Of a DNA stretch of 64,000 nt, positions 37,449-46,975 are shown piece by piece. Position 1 is the first letter of the stretch; every line of letters begins with the position of its first letter. The notes under the pieces were generated by a model, which made no database searches, was not told the origin of the DNA, and saw only the letters and a program-made list of their open reading frames with translations. Position numbers and translations under genes: made by a program. Source of the DNA: Sumerlaeia bacterium (GTDB lineage Bacteria; Sumerlaeota; Sumerlaeia; SLMS01; JAHLLQ01). The stretch covers positions 160,001 through 224,000 of the forward strand of contig JAVJSW010000060.1 of assembly GCA_040219255.1 (NCBI GenBank), written 5' to 3'.

Positions 37449-38864
37449 ATGCTCTTCCTCGTGCTGCCCCTCATTTGGCTCATGATGGCCTTGGCCATCG
37501 GGGCCCCACTCGACGGGCGCGTCGAAGCGGAAATCCGCGGCAGCGGCGCCGCATCGCGGGCGCTCTGGGGCGTCTACGCCAAGGACCTCGCCTCCGGTCA
37601 GGTGCTCGCCGACGTCAACGGTCAGAAGCTATTCATCCCCGCAAGCAACCGCAAACTCGTCTCGACCGCCATGGCGGCGCGCTACTTGAAGGACGAGGCT
37701 CTGGTCACCGTCATCCATGTTCCCACGATTCAAAGCGGCGGCGTCGTACCGGGCGATCTGGTCGTCGAAGCGGTTGGCGATCCGACCTGGAACGCCAGTT
37801 TTCTTCGCGCCCCTGGCCGCAGCCAGTTGACCTCGCTGGCCCGCCAGGTGGCGCAAAGTGGTGTTCGCCGTGTCACTGGCAATCTCGTCATCGACGCCTC
37901 CCGCTTTACCGACCCGGCCCCGGAACCGGAAACGTGGACGCTGTCGGATTTCCAAGCCAATTACGGCGCCATCGCCTCGGTGTTCGGCATCGATCGCAAC
38001 CTGGGCCGAGTCACCCTGACCCCCACCACGCCGGGCAATCCCATCGACGTCGGCTTCGTTGGGGCTTCCGCTCCCTTCAAGATTTACAATCTGGCGCAAA
38101 CCGGCGAGGTCGATTCGGCTCCCACGATTCAGCTATTCCGAGGCCTCGACGGTGAGGAACTGGAAGTGACCGGCCGCCTGCCCAAAGGTTCGCGCGACGG
38201 TTCGCGCGCCTTGCCCCTGGGCCGCCCGGTGGAATTCGCCGCCAAGGAACTCTACGCCGCACTCGCCGAAGAAGGCGTCACCGTCGATGGCTCCATCGTC
38301 ATCGCCGAGTCCGACCGCGCCGAAGGCCAGGTCATCGCCGAAGTACGGGGTGCGGCGCTGGGCGAAATCCTGGAGGAAACCAACCTCGAAAGCGACAATT
38401 ACCTGGCGGAAAGTCTCTATCTGCTGGCCGGGCGCGAACTCTTCGCGAAGGGCTCCTACGAGGCGTCCCACGCGGCGGAAAAGACGTTCTGGCGCAGCTT
38501 TCCCGTGGAGAGCGACGAATGGGTCGGCGAAGACGGCAGCGGCCTTTCGCGCCGCAACCTCATCACGCCCCACGCCCTGGTGGAACTTCTCGGTGGCATG
38601 AACGAGAACACTCTTTTCGTCAACAGCCTGCCCGTTTCGGGCCACAATGGCACGCTGCGCTATCGCCTCTCGAAGGACGGGATGGCGGGCAAGGTGATGG
38701 CCAAGACGGGCACGCTGACCGGCGTGACGGCCTTGTCCGGCTATATCACTCCCGGTGACGGACGAGTCGTCGCTTTCAGCGTCCTCGTCAACAATCACGC
38801 CAGCAGCTCGACCCCGATCCGCCGGGTGGTGGATGAAATCGTGATGGTGCTGGCCGGGAAGTAA
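37449..38864 (+). CDS. dacB: D-alanyl-D-alanine carboxypeptidase/endopeptidase (PBP4, peptidase S13)
   Basis: PASNRK (SxxK), SDN, DGSGLSR, AKTGTL, N-terminal signal. Confidence 0.92.
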   Translation: MLFLVLPLIWLMMALAIGAPLDGRVEAEIRGSGAASRALWGVYAKDLASGQVLADVNGQKLFIPASNRKLVSTAMAARYLKDEALVTVIHVPTIQSGGVVPGDLVVEAVGDPTWNASFLRAPGRSQLTSLARQVAQSGVRRVTGNLVIDASRFTDPAPEPETWTLSDFQANYGAIASVFGIDRNLGRVTLTPTTPGNPIDVGFVGASAPFKIYNLAQTGEVDSAPTIQLFRGLDGEELEVTGRLPKGSRDGSRALPLGRPVEFAAKELYAALAEEGVTVDGSIVIAESDRAEGQVIAEVRGAALGEILEETNLESDNYLAESLYLLAGRELFAKGSYEASHAAEKTFWRSFPVESDEWVGEDGSGLSRRNLITPHALVELLGGMNENTLFVNSLPVSGHNGTLRYRLSKDGMAGKVMAKTGTLTGVTALSGYITPGDGRVVAFSVLVNNHASSSTPIRRVVDEIVMVLAGK

Positions 38865-38878
38865 CCGGCCGCCCGACC

Positions 38879-40444
38879 CTAGAAATAATCCTCCCAGCCA
38901 TTTGCCCCCGCCAATTGCGCGGGCGCGTTGAGCGCTCCCGGGCTCGGCGCGAAGGCGGGACTCGCCGCCCCCGGCTGAAACTCCTCGAAAGCACCGAGGC
39001 CGTCCGGAACCCGTCCGATCGAGCCCCCGTCACTGCTGGCGCCCGCGTTGGCCTTGCGCGTCTCCGCGTCGCCATAGGACAGCGTGTCGCTGACCGTCGC
39101 TCCATCGCCCACGGTGATCGTCGCGCCCTCGTCGCTCAGGGCCAGACCCGGTACCTCGAATGCCACACCCTCGCTCAGGAATGACAGGTTCCCGCCCTCG
39201 GGAAAGAACACCACCACGCCCCGGGGCGTCAGCACGGTTCCCGCCCCGAGGACAAAGGTCTCGGTATCGCCGCCGCGTTCCACGCTCAGTTCCCAGCCCT
39301 TCAGGTCGATTTCGCGGTTCGTCAGGTTGTGCAACTCGACAAAGTCCTCCGCCGACGGATTCGGCACGCCGTCCTGGTTGAAATCTGTCGTATCGGCAAG
39401 CGCCCCACCCATCGGCGAGGGATCGTAGCCCACTTCGTTGACGACCACTTGTCCGGGCACCGCAGGGTCTACCACGATGACGAAGGAGGCTGTGATCGGC
39501 AGCGACTCGAGCGCCTTCGTCGCCGCCGTTTGGATGTCCAGCGACCCGGTGAACTGCCGGTCGGCGCTTGTGTCGCCGTTCGAGAAGCCAATGGTGAACG
39601 TGATGCTCTGGCCCGGGTTCAAGGTCTGCGGCAGGCTCAGCGCCGGATCGGTCGCGTCGAAGAACTCCGGGTCCGTGCCGGGGCCGAAGCCGACGCCGGT
39701 GATTTCCAGCGGGGCGTTGCCCGCGTTGCGGATTTCCACGTCCTGGGTGGCGGGCGATCCGTCCGTCGACTGGTTGAAATTGCCGAAGTCGACCGCGGTC
39801 ACGCCCGTCGAGAGAAGGGGCGTGCTGGTCGGCAGATCGTTGCCCGTGCCGGGCGTCGGGCCGCTGGGGACGAGGCGGCCGGTGCCTTCCGGCACGCGCG
39901 CGGCTGAGAGAATCTGGCGTGTGTCTTCGCCGCCCTCCAGCACAATCGGCGGGTCATCCACCCCAAAGGCGAGCCAGTCGGTGTTGGCCTCGCCGGTGCC
40001 AGGGCCATCGGTGGCATACACCACCACGTCGAGCAGCCCGAAGGGCGTCGCGGCGGTGCCGTTGGGGAAAGCCTGCTCGGTGCCCCAATAGAGCGCCACC
40101 GCGTCCTCGCCGTTCTGCATAGTGCGTGGCGGCCAAGTCACCACGGAGCCGGGGGCGGCCACGCTGGTCCCGATCACATAGCGCCCGCCCGCGTCGGTCA
40201 CGGCGCCGCTCAGCCCCATGGACCGATACGACAACCCGGTGCCGCCGTCGAAGAACACCACCACCAGCCCGTCGAGCGGGATGAAGGGCTCGTCGGTCCA
40301 AATCTCCACGAACTCCTCCACGTCGTCGCTGGGCGAGTCCGCGGTGTCCGAGTCCACTTCGTTGATGCGGAAGGTCAGCGCCGCCGCCGGCAGCGCCAGA
40401 GCGCAGGCTCCGGCTGTCAGAATTGTGATCAAATCGGTCCGCAT
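38879..40444 (-). CDS. Secreted protein with two lamin-tail domains flanking an Ig-like (ASH/choice-of-anchor D) domain
   Basis: Signal peptide. INEV…EFVEI…PTPG, then DFG…IRNAGNAPLEI…LNPGQS, then VNEV…FVELHN…IDLKGW…SPG..N. Confidence 0.75.
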   Translation of the reverse strand: MRTDLITILTAGACALALPAAALTFRINEVDSDTADSPSDDVEEFVEIWTDEPFIPLDGLVVVFFDGGTGLSYRSMGLSGAVTDAGGRYVIGTSVAAPGSVVTWPPRTMQNGEDAVALYWGTEQAFPNGTAATPFGLLDVVVYATDGPGTGEANTDWLAFGVDDPPIVLEGGEDTRQILSAARVPEGTGRLVPSGPTPGTGNDLPTSTPLLSTGVTAVDFGNFNQSTDGSPATQDVEIRNAGNAPLEITGVGFGPGTDPEFFDATDPALSLPQTLNPGQSITFTIGFSNGDTSADRQFTGSLDIQTAATKALESLPITASFVIVVDPAVPGQVVVNEVGYDPSPMGGALADTTDFNQDGVPNPSAEDFVELHNLTNREIDLKGWELSVERGGDTETFVLGAGTVLTPRGVVVFFPEGGNLSFLSEGVAFEVPGLALSDEGATITVGDGATVSDTLSYGDAETRKANAGASSDGGSIGRVPDGLGAFEEFQPGAASPAFAPSPGALNAPAQLAGANGWEDYF

Positions 40445-40717
40445 TGTGGCACCAACTTTCTTTGCTTCTGGAATTTGGTCCTATGGTCCGCCCTTGCCCT
40501 GCCGAGTCAAGGGCCGCTGGGACCTGGGGGAAAACTACTGGTCATCGCATCGATAATGGATCAAAATTGAACGCGAAGGTTAGGCCGGGATCGTCGAATC
40601 GTCACAGGAATCGACCGCGCGATTTTTTTTTGCAGGGTTGGCAAGCCCCCGTCGTCTGGTCACAGTGAAGGCCGGTGACACTCCGGCCTCTCAGAAATTC
40701 CCGAGACGAGCCCCGCC

Positions 40718-42262
40718 ATGACCACCGTCGCCGAGCCCGCCATGACTTCTTCGTCCGCCGCCGCCAACCCCGCCCCCGATCCCCGCGTGGCCCGCGCCCA
40801 AGCAGGCGATACGGCCGCCTTCGAGTCCCTCCTCAGCGAGCATTTCGGCTTGGTGTACACCATCGCCTACGCCCGCCTGCGCCATCGCGAAGCGGCCGAG
40901 GACCTGGCCCAGGAGGTCTTTCTCCGCGCCTGGCTCAACATCCGCACCTTGCGCGACGGCGCCGGGTTCGGGCCGTGGGTCGGGCGCATGACCCGGAATC
41001 TGGCGATCGACTGGCAACGGCGGGGCGAGCGGCATTCGAAACTCCTGACGTTGGTTCCAATGGACGACCTCCACTCCCGCACCGTGCCCGATACCGCCCA
41101 ATCGACCCCTCGCGAGACTGCATCCCGCGATCAGGAAGAAGCGCTCCTGCGCCAGGCCCTCGACCGCCTGCCCGCCCGCGACCGCGAACTGATCCTGATG
41201 CACTACTCGCGCGAACTGTCGAAAACCGAAATCGGCCGGCACTTCGGCGTCCACGCCACCACCATCGGGCGCCATCTCGAACGCGCCGTGGAACGCCTCC
41301 AGCGCCTCGCCGGAGGACACGCCGTCCGCCCGGAGAACCTGCGCCAGACCATCGGCCCCATGGCCCCGCCGCGTCCCGCCGCCTCGGCCCACGCCTTCGC
41401 CGTCGTGGCCGCCGCGTCGTCCCTCTCGCCCCAGGGTCAGGCCATGCTCGCCGCTGCCGCCAAAGCCACCGGCGCCGCCTCCTCGGCCAACGAATCGGCC
41501 GGTCTGGCGGGGCTTGTCTTCGGATTTCTGAAAACTCTCCCGGCCGCTTGCGCCACAGGAATTCAAACTATGGGAACCACCAAATTCATCACCGGAACCG
41601 TCGTTGCCGCCGCCCTGGGAGGCGGCGCCATCTACCTCGCCTCCGACGATCAGCCCAAGGCCCAGGCCAGCACCGCGGACGTTCAGATGACCACCGCCAC
41701 CGCCACTGAACTCAAGGCCCTGATCGCCGACCCCACCGCCGCCGATGTCTATCGCACTCTGCCCACCAACGGCCTCGTCACCATCGACATTCCCTTTGGC
41801 CAGACCGTCGTCCTCGACACCAACGCCCAGGAGTACCAGCTCGGCCAATGGCGCACCGCCATGACGGCGGAGGACGATTACACCCTCGCCGCCGTCACCC
41901 ACCACGACTTCACCGGAGCCCAGCCCTGGACCATCCATCCCGACCGCCCAGGCGACAACCCGCCGAGTCCTCCCGGCACCTCTTTCGGCCTGAACATGAA
42001 CCCGGACAGCGGGTCCTTCGTCGTCAGCTCCGCCGTCCTCGAAAAACAGCCCAGCGGCCTCCGCGTCCACATCCACACCGCCATGCGCCAGAACGCCGGT
42101 TATCGGTGGCAAGACATCCAGAATCAGTACAACAGCGGACAGCTCGACAAAATCGAGGCCCGCAAAGCGATCCTGCGCCTGCTCATGGGAGAAAACATGC
42201 TCCCCGAGCAGGAACTCAGCGCCCAGGCTTGGCGCGATCATGTGGCGGCCATGGACTGGTAA
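40718..42262 (+). CDS. ECF sigma factor fused to a TM and C-terminal extracytoplasmic domain
   Basis: AEDLAQEVFLRAW, RNLAIDW, LDRLP..DRELI, then an Ala-rich linker, the TM VVAAALGGGAIYLA and about 200 aa of unknown domain. Confidence 0.85.
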   Translation: MTTVAEPAMTSSSAAANPAPDPRVARAQAGDTAAFESLLSEHFGLVYTIAYARLRHREAAEDLAQEVFLRAWLNIRTLRDGAGFGPWVGRMTRNLAIDWQRRGERHSKLLTLVPMDDLHSRTVPDTAQSTPRETASRDQEEALLRQALDRLPARDRELILMHYSRELSKTEIGRHFGVHATTIGRHLERAVERLQRLAGGHAVRPENLRQTIGPMAPPRPAASAHAFAVVAAASSLSPQGQAMLAAAAKATGAASSANESAGLAGLVFGFLKTLPAACATGIQTMGTTKFITGTVVAAALGGGAIYLASDDQPKAQASTADVQMTTATATELKALIADPTAADVYRTLPTNGLVTIDIPFGQTVVLDTNAQEYQLGQWRTAMTAEDDYTLAAVTHHDFTGAQPWTIHPDRPGDNPPSPPGTSFGLNMNPDSGSFVVSSAVLEKQPSGLRVHIHTAMRQNAGYRWQDIQNQYNSGQLDKIEARKAILRLLMGENMLPEQELSAQAWRDHVAAMDW

Positions 42263-42325
42263 GGTACCACGGCCGTCCCGGCCGTGACCCGCCACGCCTT
42301 CCCGCGAATGAAGAGGCCGTTGCCT

Positions 42326-43450
42326 TTACATCGCCGGAGGCAGCGGCGGCGGAACGCTCGCGAAGAGCACCTTGAGTTCCTCCACGTCGCCAGCCTTCGT
42401 CCAGTTCGCCATGCCTTCCTTCCACACCAGCGTTTCGCGGGTGATGGCGCCGCCCTGGGTCTTGGCCTTCAGCTCCTCCATGTTGAAGGGCCCGGCTTGG
42501 GCTCCGTCGATGGCGGCGAAGTACGCCACCTTCACCGCACCCGGCAGCGGCGGCGGCACGGCGCCTCCGCCCTGCTGGGGCTGCTGCTGATCGGGAGAAA
42601 AGGCTTTGGAGAACTGCTGACCCATGCCAAAGCCAGCGGCCATCTGGGCGCCCATGGCTCCCATGCCGCCGGGATTCTTCATCGCTTCGGGCATGGATTC
42701 GGCGGCCTGGAACTTCATGTAGTTGTCCAGGTTGCCCAGGATTCCCATGCTGGCGCGCTTGTCCAGCACCTCCTCCAGGTTCGGCGGCAGCGACACGTTT
42801 TCGACGAAGAACATCGGTACCGAGAGGCCCATCTCGGCCATGTCGGGCGTGATGCGCTCGATGATGTACTTGGAAAGCTCATCCTGGTTCGCCGCCATGT
42901 CGAGCACCGGCAGGCCGCTCGACGCCAGCGCGTCGGTCACGCGGGTCACGATCAGGCTGCGCAGTTGGCCGCTGATTTCGTACACCTCGAAACTCGGGTC
43001 CGTGCCGATCAGCTCGCGCAGGAACTTGCCCGCCTCGCTGACCCTCGTGGCGTAGGTGCCGAAGGCGCGGATGCGCACCGGGCCGAATTCCTTGTCGCGG
43101 ATCATGATGGGGTTTTTGGTGCCCCACTTCTGATCGGTGAAGCGGCGCGTCGAAACGAAGTACACTTCCGCCTTGAAAGGCGATTCGAAGCCGTACTTCC
43201 AGCCCTTGAGCGTCGAGAGGATCGGCAGGTTCTTCGTTTCCAGCGTGTAGGTGCCGGGTTCGAAGAGGTCCGCGAGTTGGCCCTCGTTCACAAAGACGGC
43301 GACTTGGCCTTCGCGGACGATGAGCTTGGCGCCGTTCTTGATTTCGTTGTCGTGGCGGGGGAAACGCCAAGCCAGGCGTTCGTCGTTGCTCGCCTGATTC
43401 CACTCGATGATATCAATTAACTGACCACGCAGCTTGTCGAAAATGCTCAT
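42326..43450 (-). CDS. SPFH (band 7, YdjI-like) domain protein with C-terminal GYF_2 domain
   Basis: AAGGAG RBS. LIVREGQVAVF, SPFKAEVYF, KWGT, and GPF…LVWKEGMANW…PPPLPP. Confidence 0.88.
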   Translation of the reverse strand: MSIFDKLRGQLIDIIEWNQASNDERLAWRFPRHDNEIKNGAKLIVREGQVAVFVNEGQLADLFEPGTYTLETKNLPILSTLKGWKYGFESPFKAEVYFVSTRRFTDQKWGTKNPIMIRDKEFGPVRIRAFGTYATRVSEAGKFLRELIGTDPSFEVYEISGQLRSLIVTRVTDALASSGLPVLDMAANQDELSKYIIERITPDMAEMGLSVPMFFVENVSLPPNLEEVLDKRASMGILGNLDNYMKFQAAESMPEAMKNPGGMGAMGAQMAAGFGMGQQFSKAFSPDQQQPQQGGGAVPPPLPGAVKVAYFAAIDGAQAGPFNMEELKAKTQGGAITRETLVWKEGMANWTKAGDVEELKVLFASVPPPLPPAM

Positions 43451-43714
43451 GAGCAACTCCTTGGGGTCCGGCGCCTTTGTCTGGGGCGGCGCCCGCGCCT
43501 TCGCGCGCGGCCCGCCCGGACGCGGGACTATCGTCTTCTCGCCAGCCCTACGGCCTGGAGGCGCCCCTATTCAAGAAAATCGTATGCCAGGACGCAAGGA
43601 AATGCCCCCGCCCTCCTCGATCGATGGAGGCCCAGGGGCGCATCACCCTGGATTTTCTGACGGTGGGCAACGGCGGTGGCCGCCCCTCTCCCACCTTCGC
43701 CGGACCCTCTGCTA

Positions 43715-46700
43715 TCAATAGACCAGCCAGACATGACCTTTGGGTGGCGCTTCGACAGTGATCGCCATGGTGCCTTCGCTGGCGGCGTTTTTGTCGTCGA
43801 CGATCAGAACCCGCACGGCGGTCTCGCCGAGGCTGCTGAACTGATGGGCAACGGTCGGAGCGGAGGTGAGGCGATCCAGCGTGCCATCGGCATCGAAATC
43901 CCAGCCGTAGATCTTCACTTCCCCGTCCGGATCAAGAGAACCAGAGGCCGTCAGGAGAGTGGGGCGATTGATGATGACGGGTAACGAATGAGCCATCTGG
44001 ATCGTGGGGGAGATGTTCTCAGGATCGGGCTCGGGAGCGGTGACCGTCAGTTCGAGGAGTTCGGCACCCAGGATCACACCATTTGCGTTCCGCGTCGTCA
44101 CCGTGATCGTTCGGGTTGCCTCTCCCTCCGCGACATAGGCCGGTTGGATAAGGTCAGGGGTTAGGGCCGTGGTGCCATCGCCGAAATGCCATTCGAAGGC
44201 GAACGGCGCACCGGGGCCTTCGGCGCCCGCATAGAACTGGATGAAACCGGGGCTGGTGACGCTCTGTGCGCTGGCGAAGGCGCTCACGGCGATGCGGTCA
44301 TGGGGCGCGCCGGCGGCAATCCAGTTCGCGATGGTGGCCCGATCGGCTTCGGAGAGCTGCGCCGTCAAAGGCATTGGCCCTCCGGCGGTGGGAATCGCGC
44401 AGGTGAGCTTTTCGAGAAGGAAACTTTCCGCGACGGACGACTGCGGGCCGCCGTCCTGGGGAACGAGGCGCCGGGTTGGGACCTCCCGGCTGTAGCGGCC
44501 GACAAGCCCCGAGTAGGCAAAGCCGTCGTCGAGCATCAGCCGCTCATAGGGTTCGGCGTTGCCGTGGCAACCGATGCAGTTGGCAGTGAGGATGTTCTGC
44601 ACCGAGGCGAAGCCGAGATCCACGCCCGGGGCCACCTCCGGCAGGGTCGAGCAGCCGCTGGCGTTGTCCTGGGGGATGAACTCCAGTGGGGCGGTATTCG
44701 GGCCGTCCTGGGCACGCGATACGATGGCCGGGCGGACGGCTTGGCTGGGGAAGGGCTCGGCGACGGCGCGGAAGGCGGCGCCCGGAGCGAGGGGAGGCAG
44801 GGGGATGGTGAATTCTCCCGCGGCGCCGGTGCGGACGGCGCTCGGGTAGCTCACCCCCGCGAGCCGGTGTGCGCCGGATACCGGCATCGGCAGCCAGTTA
44901 TCCCGCTCCATTTCGACCTCCAGGGCGACTTCCAGATTCGCGACCGGTGTGCCTGCCATCCGCACTGATCCCACAATGGCGTTCTGGGCCAGAAGTTGCC
45001 TGGCCTGGAACGAGGCCACATCGATGGGCACATAGACATCATGCGCAACGGCACCCGGAGCTGAGGCCCGCAAGATGAAGTGCGATCCATAGACTCGCAG
45101 GTCCATCAACTCAGCCCCATAGGAACCATTCTCCAGCGTGGCGAGCGATTCAAGGGGGACGGCGCCCGAGAGGAGGGCGCTTTTCCCGTCGGCATCAAGC
45201 AGCGTGACCGTGGCGGAGGTGGGCTCGGCTGGGTTGACATTCGCGTTGAAAACCCGCCCGGAGACTGAAATGGCGGGTACCCTGGCATAGGCTCCAATTT
45301 CAAGGGTCAGGTCCGCGCTGATGCCCATGTCGTTGGTCGCGGTGACCTTGACGGGATAGCGCCCGGGGTCTGTGAAGGTATGGGTCACGGCGCCCCCGTC
45401 GCTTGTGGTGCCGTCGCCAAAATCCCAGAGCAGGGTGGGGTTTCCGTCGCCACTGGCGGTGGCGCTGAACTGAACGGTCAGGGGCGCTTCGCCATCGGTG
45501 GCGCTGGCGGAGGCGGACAGGGAAGGAGGTTCGTTGGGGTCGCGATAGGAGATGCGGTCGATTTGGCCGAAGACATAGGCGGTCATGGCAATCAGCAGAG
45601 AGCCATCGGGCAGCACCGTCATATCGCCACCGCCGGGCTGATCGTTGGGATACTGATAGATGCTCTGGAGACCGATCGCCTCGCCGGTGGCATCGTCGAT
45701 TTCCAGCCGGAGGTATTCCCCGGCGGTGCCTTCGCCGGCGGGCAGAAAGCCCCAATCGCTGAGGATGATGTCTCCGGTCCAGTCCTCGGGAAACATGCCG
45801 CCGCGATACGCCAGGAGCGAGACAATGGCGTTGCCGTGCAGGGGCTCGGGGCCGTGGGGATAGGCGAGGAAAGGATCCCGGTGGTTTGGCGGCGGGGTGC
45901 CGATGGGGTCCTGGGCGGCGGGGCCTTCGATTTCCGGCCACCCATAGTTGGCGCCCGGTTCGATCACGTTGACTTCTTCCCAGACACCGCCGCCGGTGTC
46001 GGTGGAATACATGACATCGGAAACCGCGTCGTAATAGAGGCGGAAGGGGTTCCGCAGACCCAGCGCCCAGATGTAGTTCTCGGGCCGCAGCGTGCTGTCG
46101 ATGGCGAAGGGATTGCCCGGGGCTGGCGTGCCGTCGGGGTTCATGCGCAGGATCTTGCCGCGGAAGCTGGTGAGATCCTGGGAATTGCCGCCGAGGCCGT
46201 CCTCGCCGAGGGACAGGAAGAGTTTGCCATCGCCGCCGAATTCCAGCCCACCGGCGAAATGGATCACGCTGGCGAGGTTCGCGTCTGGGATGTCGAAGAT
46301 GATCGTGCCACTGCCTGGAACGATGGCGTTCTTGTCGCTTGGGTCGGCGGTGAATCGCTCGATGCGGATGCGGCGGTCCTGGGGAAAACCCGTCTCGGGG
46401 TCGTAGGGGGGAATGTCACGGGTGTAGGAGACGAAGAAATGGCCGGTCTGGGCGAAGTCTGGCGAGGCGACACAGCCAAGCATTCCCATCTCGCCCTGCA
46501 CCAAACCCCGGTAATCGAGAAAAAGCTGGGGAAGAATGCCGGTGCCATCGGCGTTCACGTCAGCCTCTGGGTCCCACAGATAGGCCCGATTGTCCATCAT
46601 GCCGATGAAGACCCGGCCATCGGGCAGGGCCTCCAGGGTGTTCGGGTGGCCCTGAAAAGACGTGGGATCCACGGGGTCGGGATTCCGCAAATCGGCGTGA

Positions 46701-46798
46701 ACGAAGATGCTGTTCACGGAAAACCCTGGCGGCAGGGCGAGCACGGCGGGAGCCGCAGTCAAAGCGGCCAGCAGGGACATCAGGGGGAGCAATCGCAC
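43715..46798 (-). CDS. Secreted PQQ-dependent sugar dehydrogenase (GSDH-like) with PKD domains and a c-type cytochrome domain
   Basis: Signal peptide. GKILRMNPDG, ALGLRNPFR, EEVN…NYGWP, PKD (WDFGDG), CIGCH heme motif with downstream MP. GTG start inferred. Confidence 0.8.
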   Translation of the reverse strand: MRLLPLMSLLAALTAAPAVLALPPGFSVNSIFVHADLRNPDPVDPTSFQGHPNTLEALPDGRVFIGMMDNRAYLWDPEADVNADGTGILPQLFLDYRGLVQGEMGMLGCVASPDFAQTGHFFVSYTRDIPPYDPETGFPQDRRIRIERFTADPSDKNAIVPGSGTIIFDIPDANLASVIHFAGGLEFGGDGKLFLSLGEDGLGGNSQDLTSFRGKILRMNPDGTPAPGNPFAIDSTLRPENYIWALGLRNPFRLYYDAVSDVMYSTDTGGGVWEEVNVIEPGANYGWPEIEGPAAQDPIGTPPPNHRDPFLAYPHGPEPLHGNAIVSLLAYRGGMFPEDWTGDIILSDWGFLPAGEGTAGEYLRLEIDDATGEAIGLQSIYQYPNDQPGGGDMTVLPDGSLLIAMTAYVFGQIDRISYRDPNEPPSLSASASATDGEAPLTVQFSATASGDGNPTLLWDFGDGTTSDGGAVTHTFTDPGRYPVKVTATNDMGISADLTLEIGAYARVPAISVSGRVFNANVNPAEPTSATVTLLDADGKSALLSGAVPLESLATLENGSYGAELMDLRVYGSHFILRASAPGAVAHDVYVPIDVASFQARQLLAQNAIVGSVRMAGTPVANLEVALEVEMERDNWLPMPVSGAHRLAGVSYPSAVRTGAAGEFTIPLPPLAPGAAFRAVAEPFPSQAVRPAIVSRAQDGPNTAPLEFIPQDNASGCSTLPEVAPGVDLGFASVQNILTANCIGCHGNAEPYERLMLDDGFAYSGLVGRYSREVPTRRLVPQDGGPQSSVAESFLLEKLTCAIPTAGGPMPLTAQLSEADRATIANWIAAGAPHDRIAVSAFASAQSVTSPGFIQFYAGAEGPGAPFAFEWHFGDGTTALTPDLIQPAYVAEGEATRTITVTTRNANGVILGAELLELTVTAPEPDPENISPTIQMAHSLPVIINRPTLLTASGSLDPDGEVKIYGWDFDADGTLDRLTSAPTVAHQFSSLGETAVRVLIVDDKNAASEGTMAITVEAPPKGHVWLVY

Positions 46799-46975
46799 GG
46801 CAATTTCTTCCAGTTCTGACTCTTGTGCCGAAACGCTTGCCATTCCAATGGGTCGAATCAAGCCGATTTTCCGGTGGCCGTCCGACCGCGCGCGCCCCCC
46901 CACTCCGCCCTTGCCATCCCCGCTCCAAATCCTCCAGTGTCATCATCCTGAATCTGCACGGAGTTTGCCTACCCT

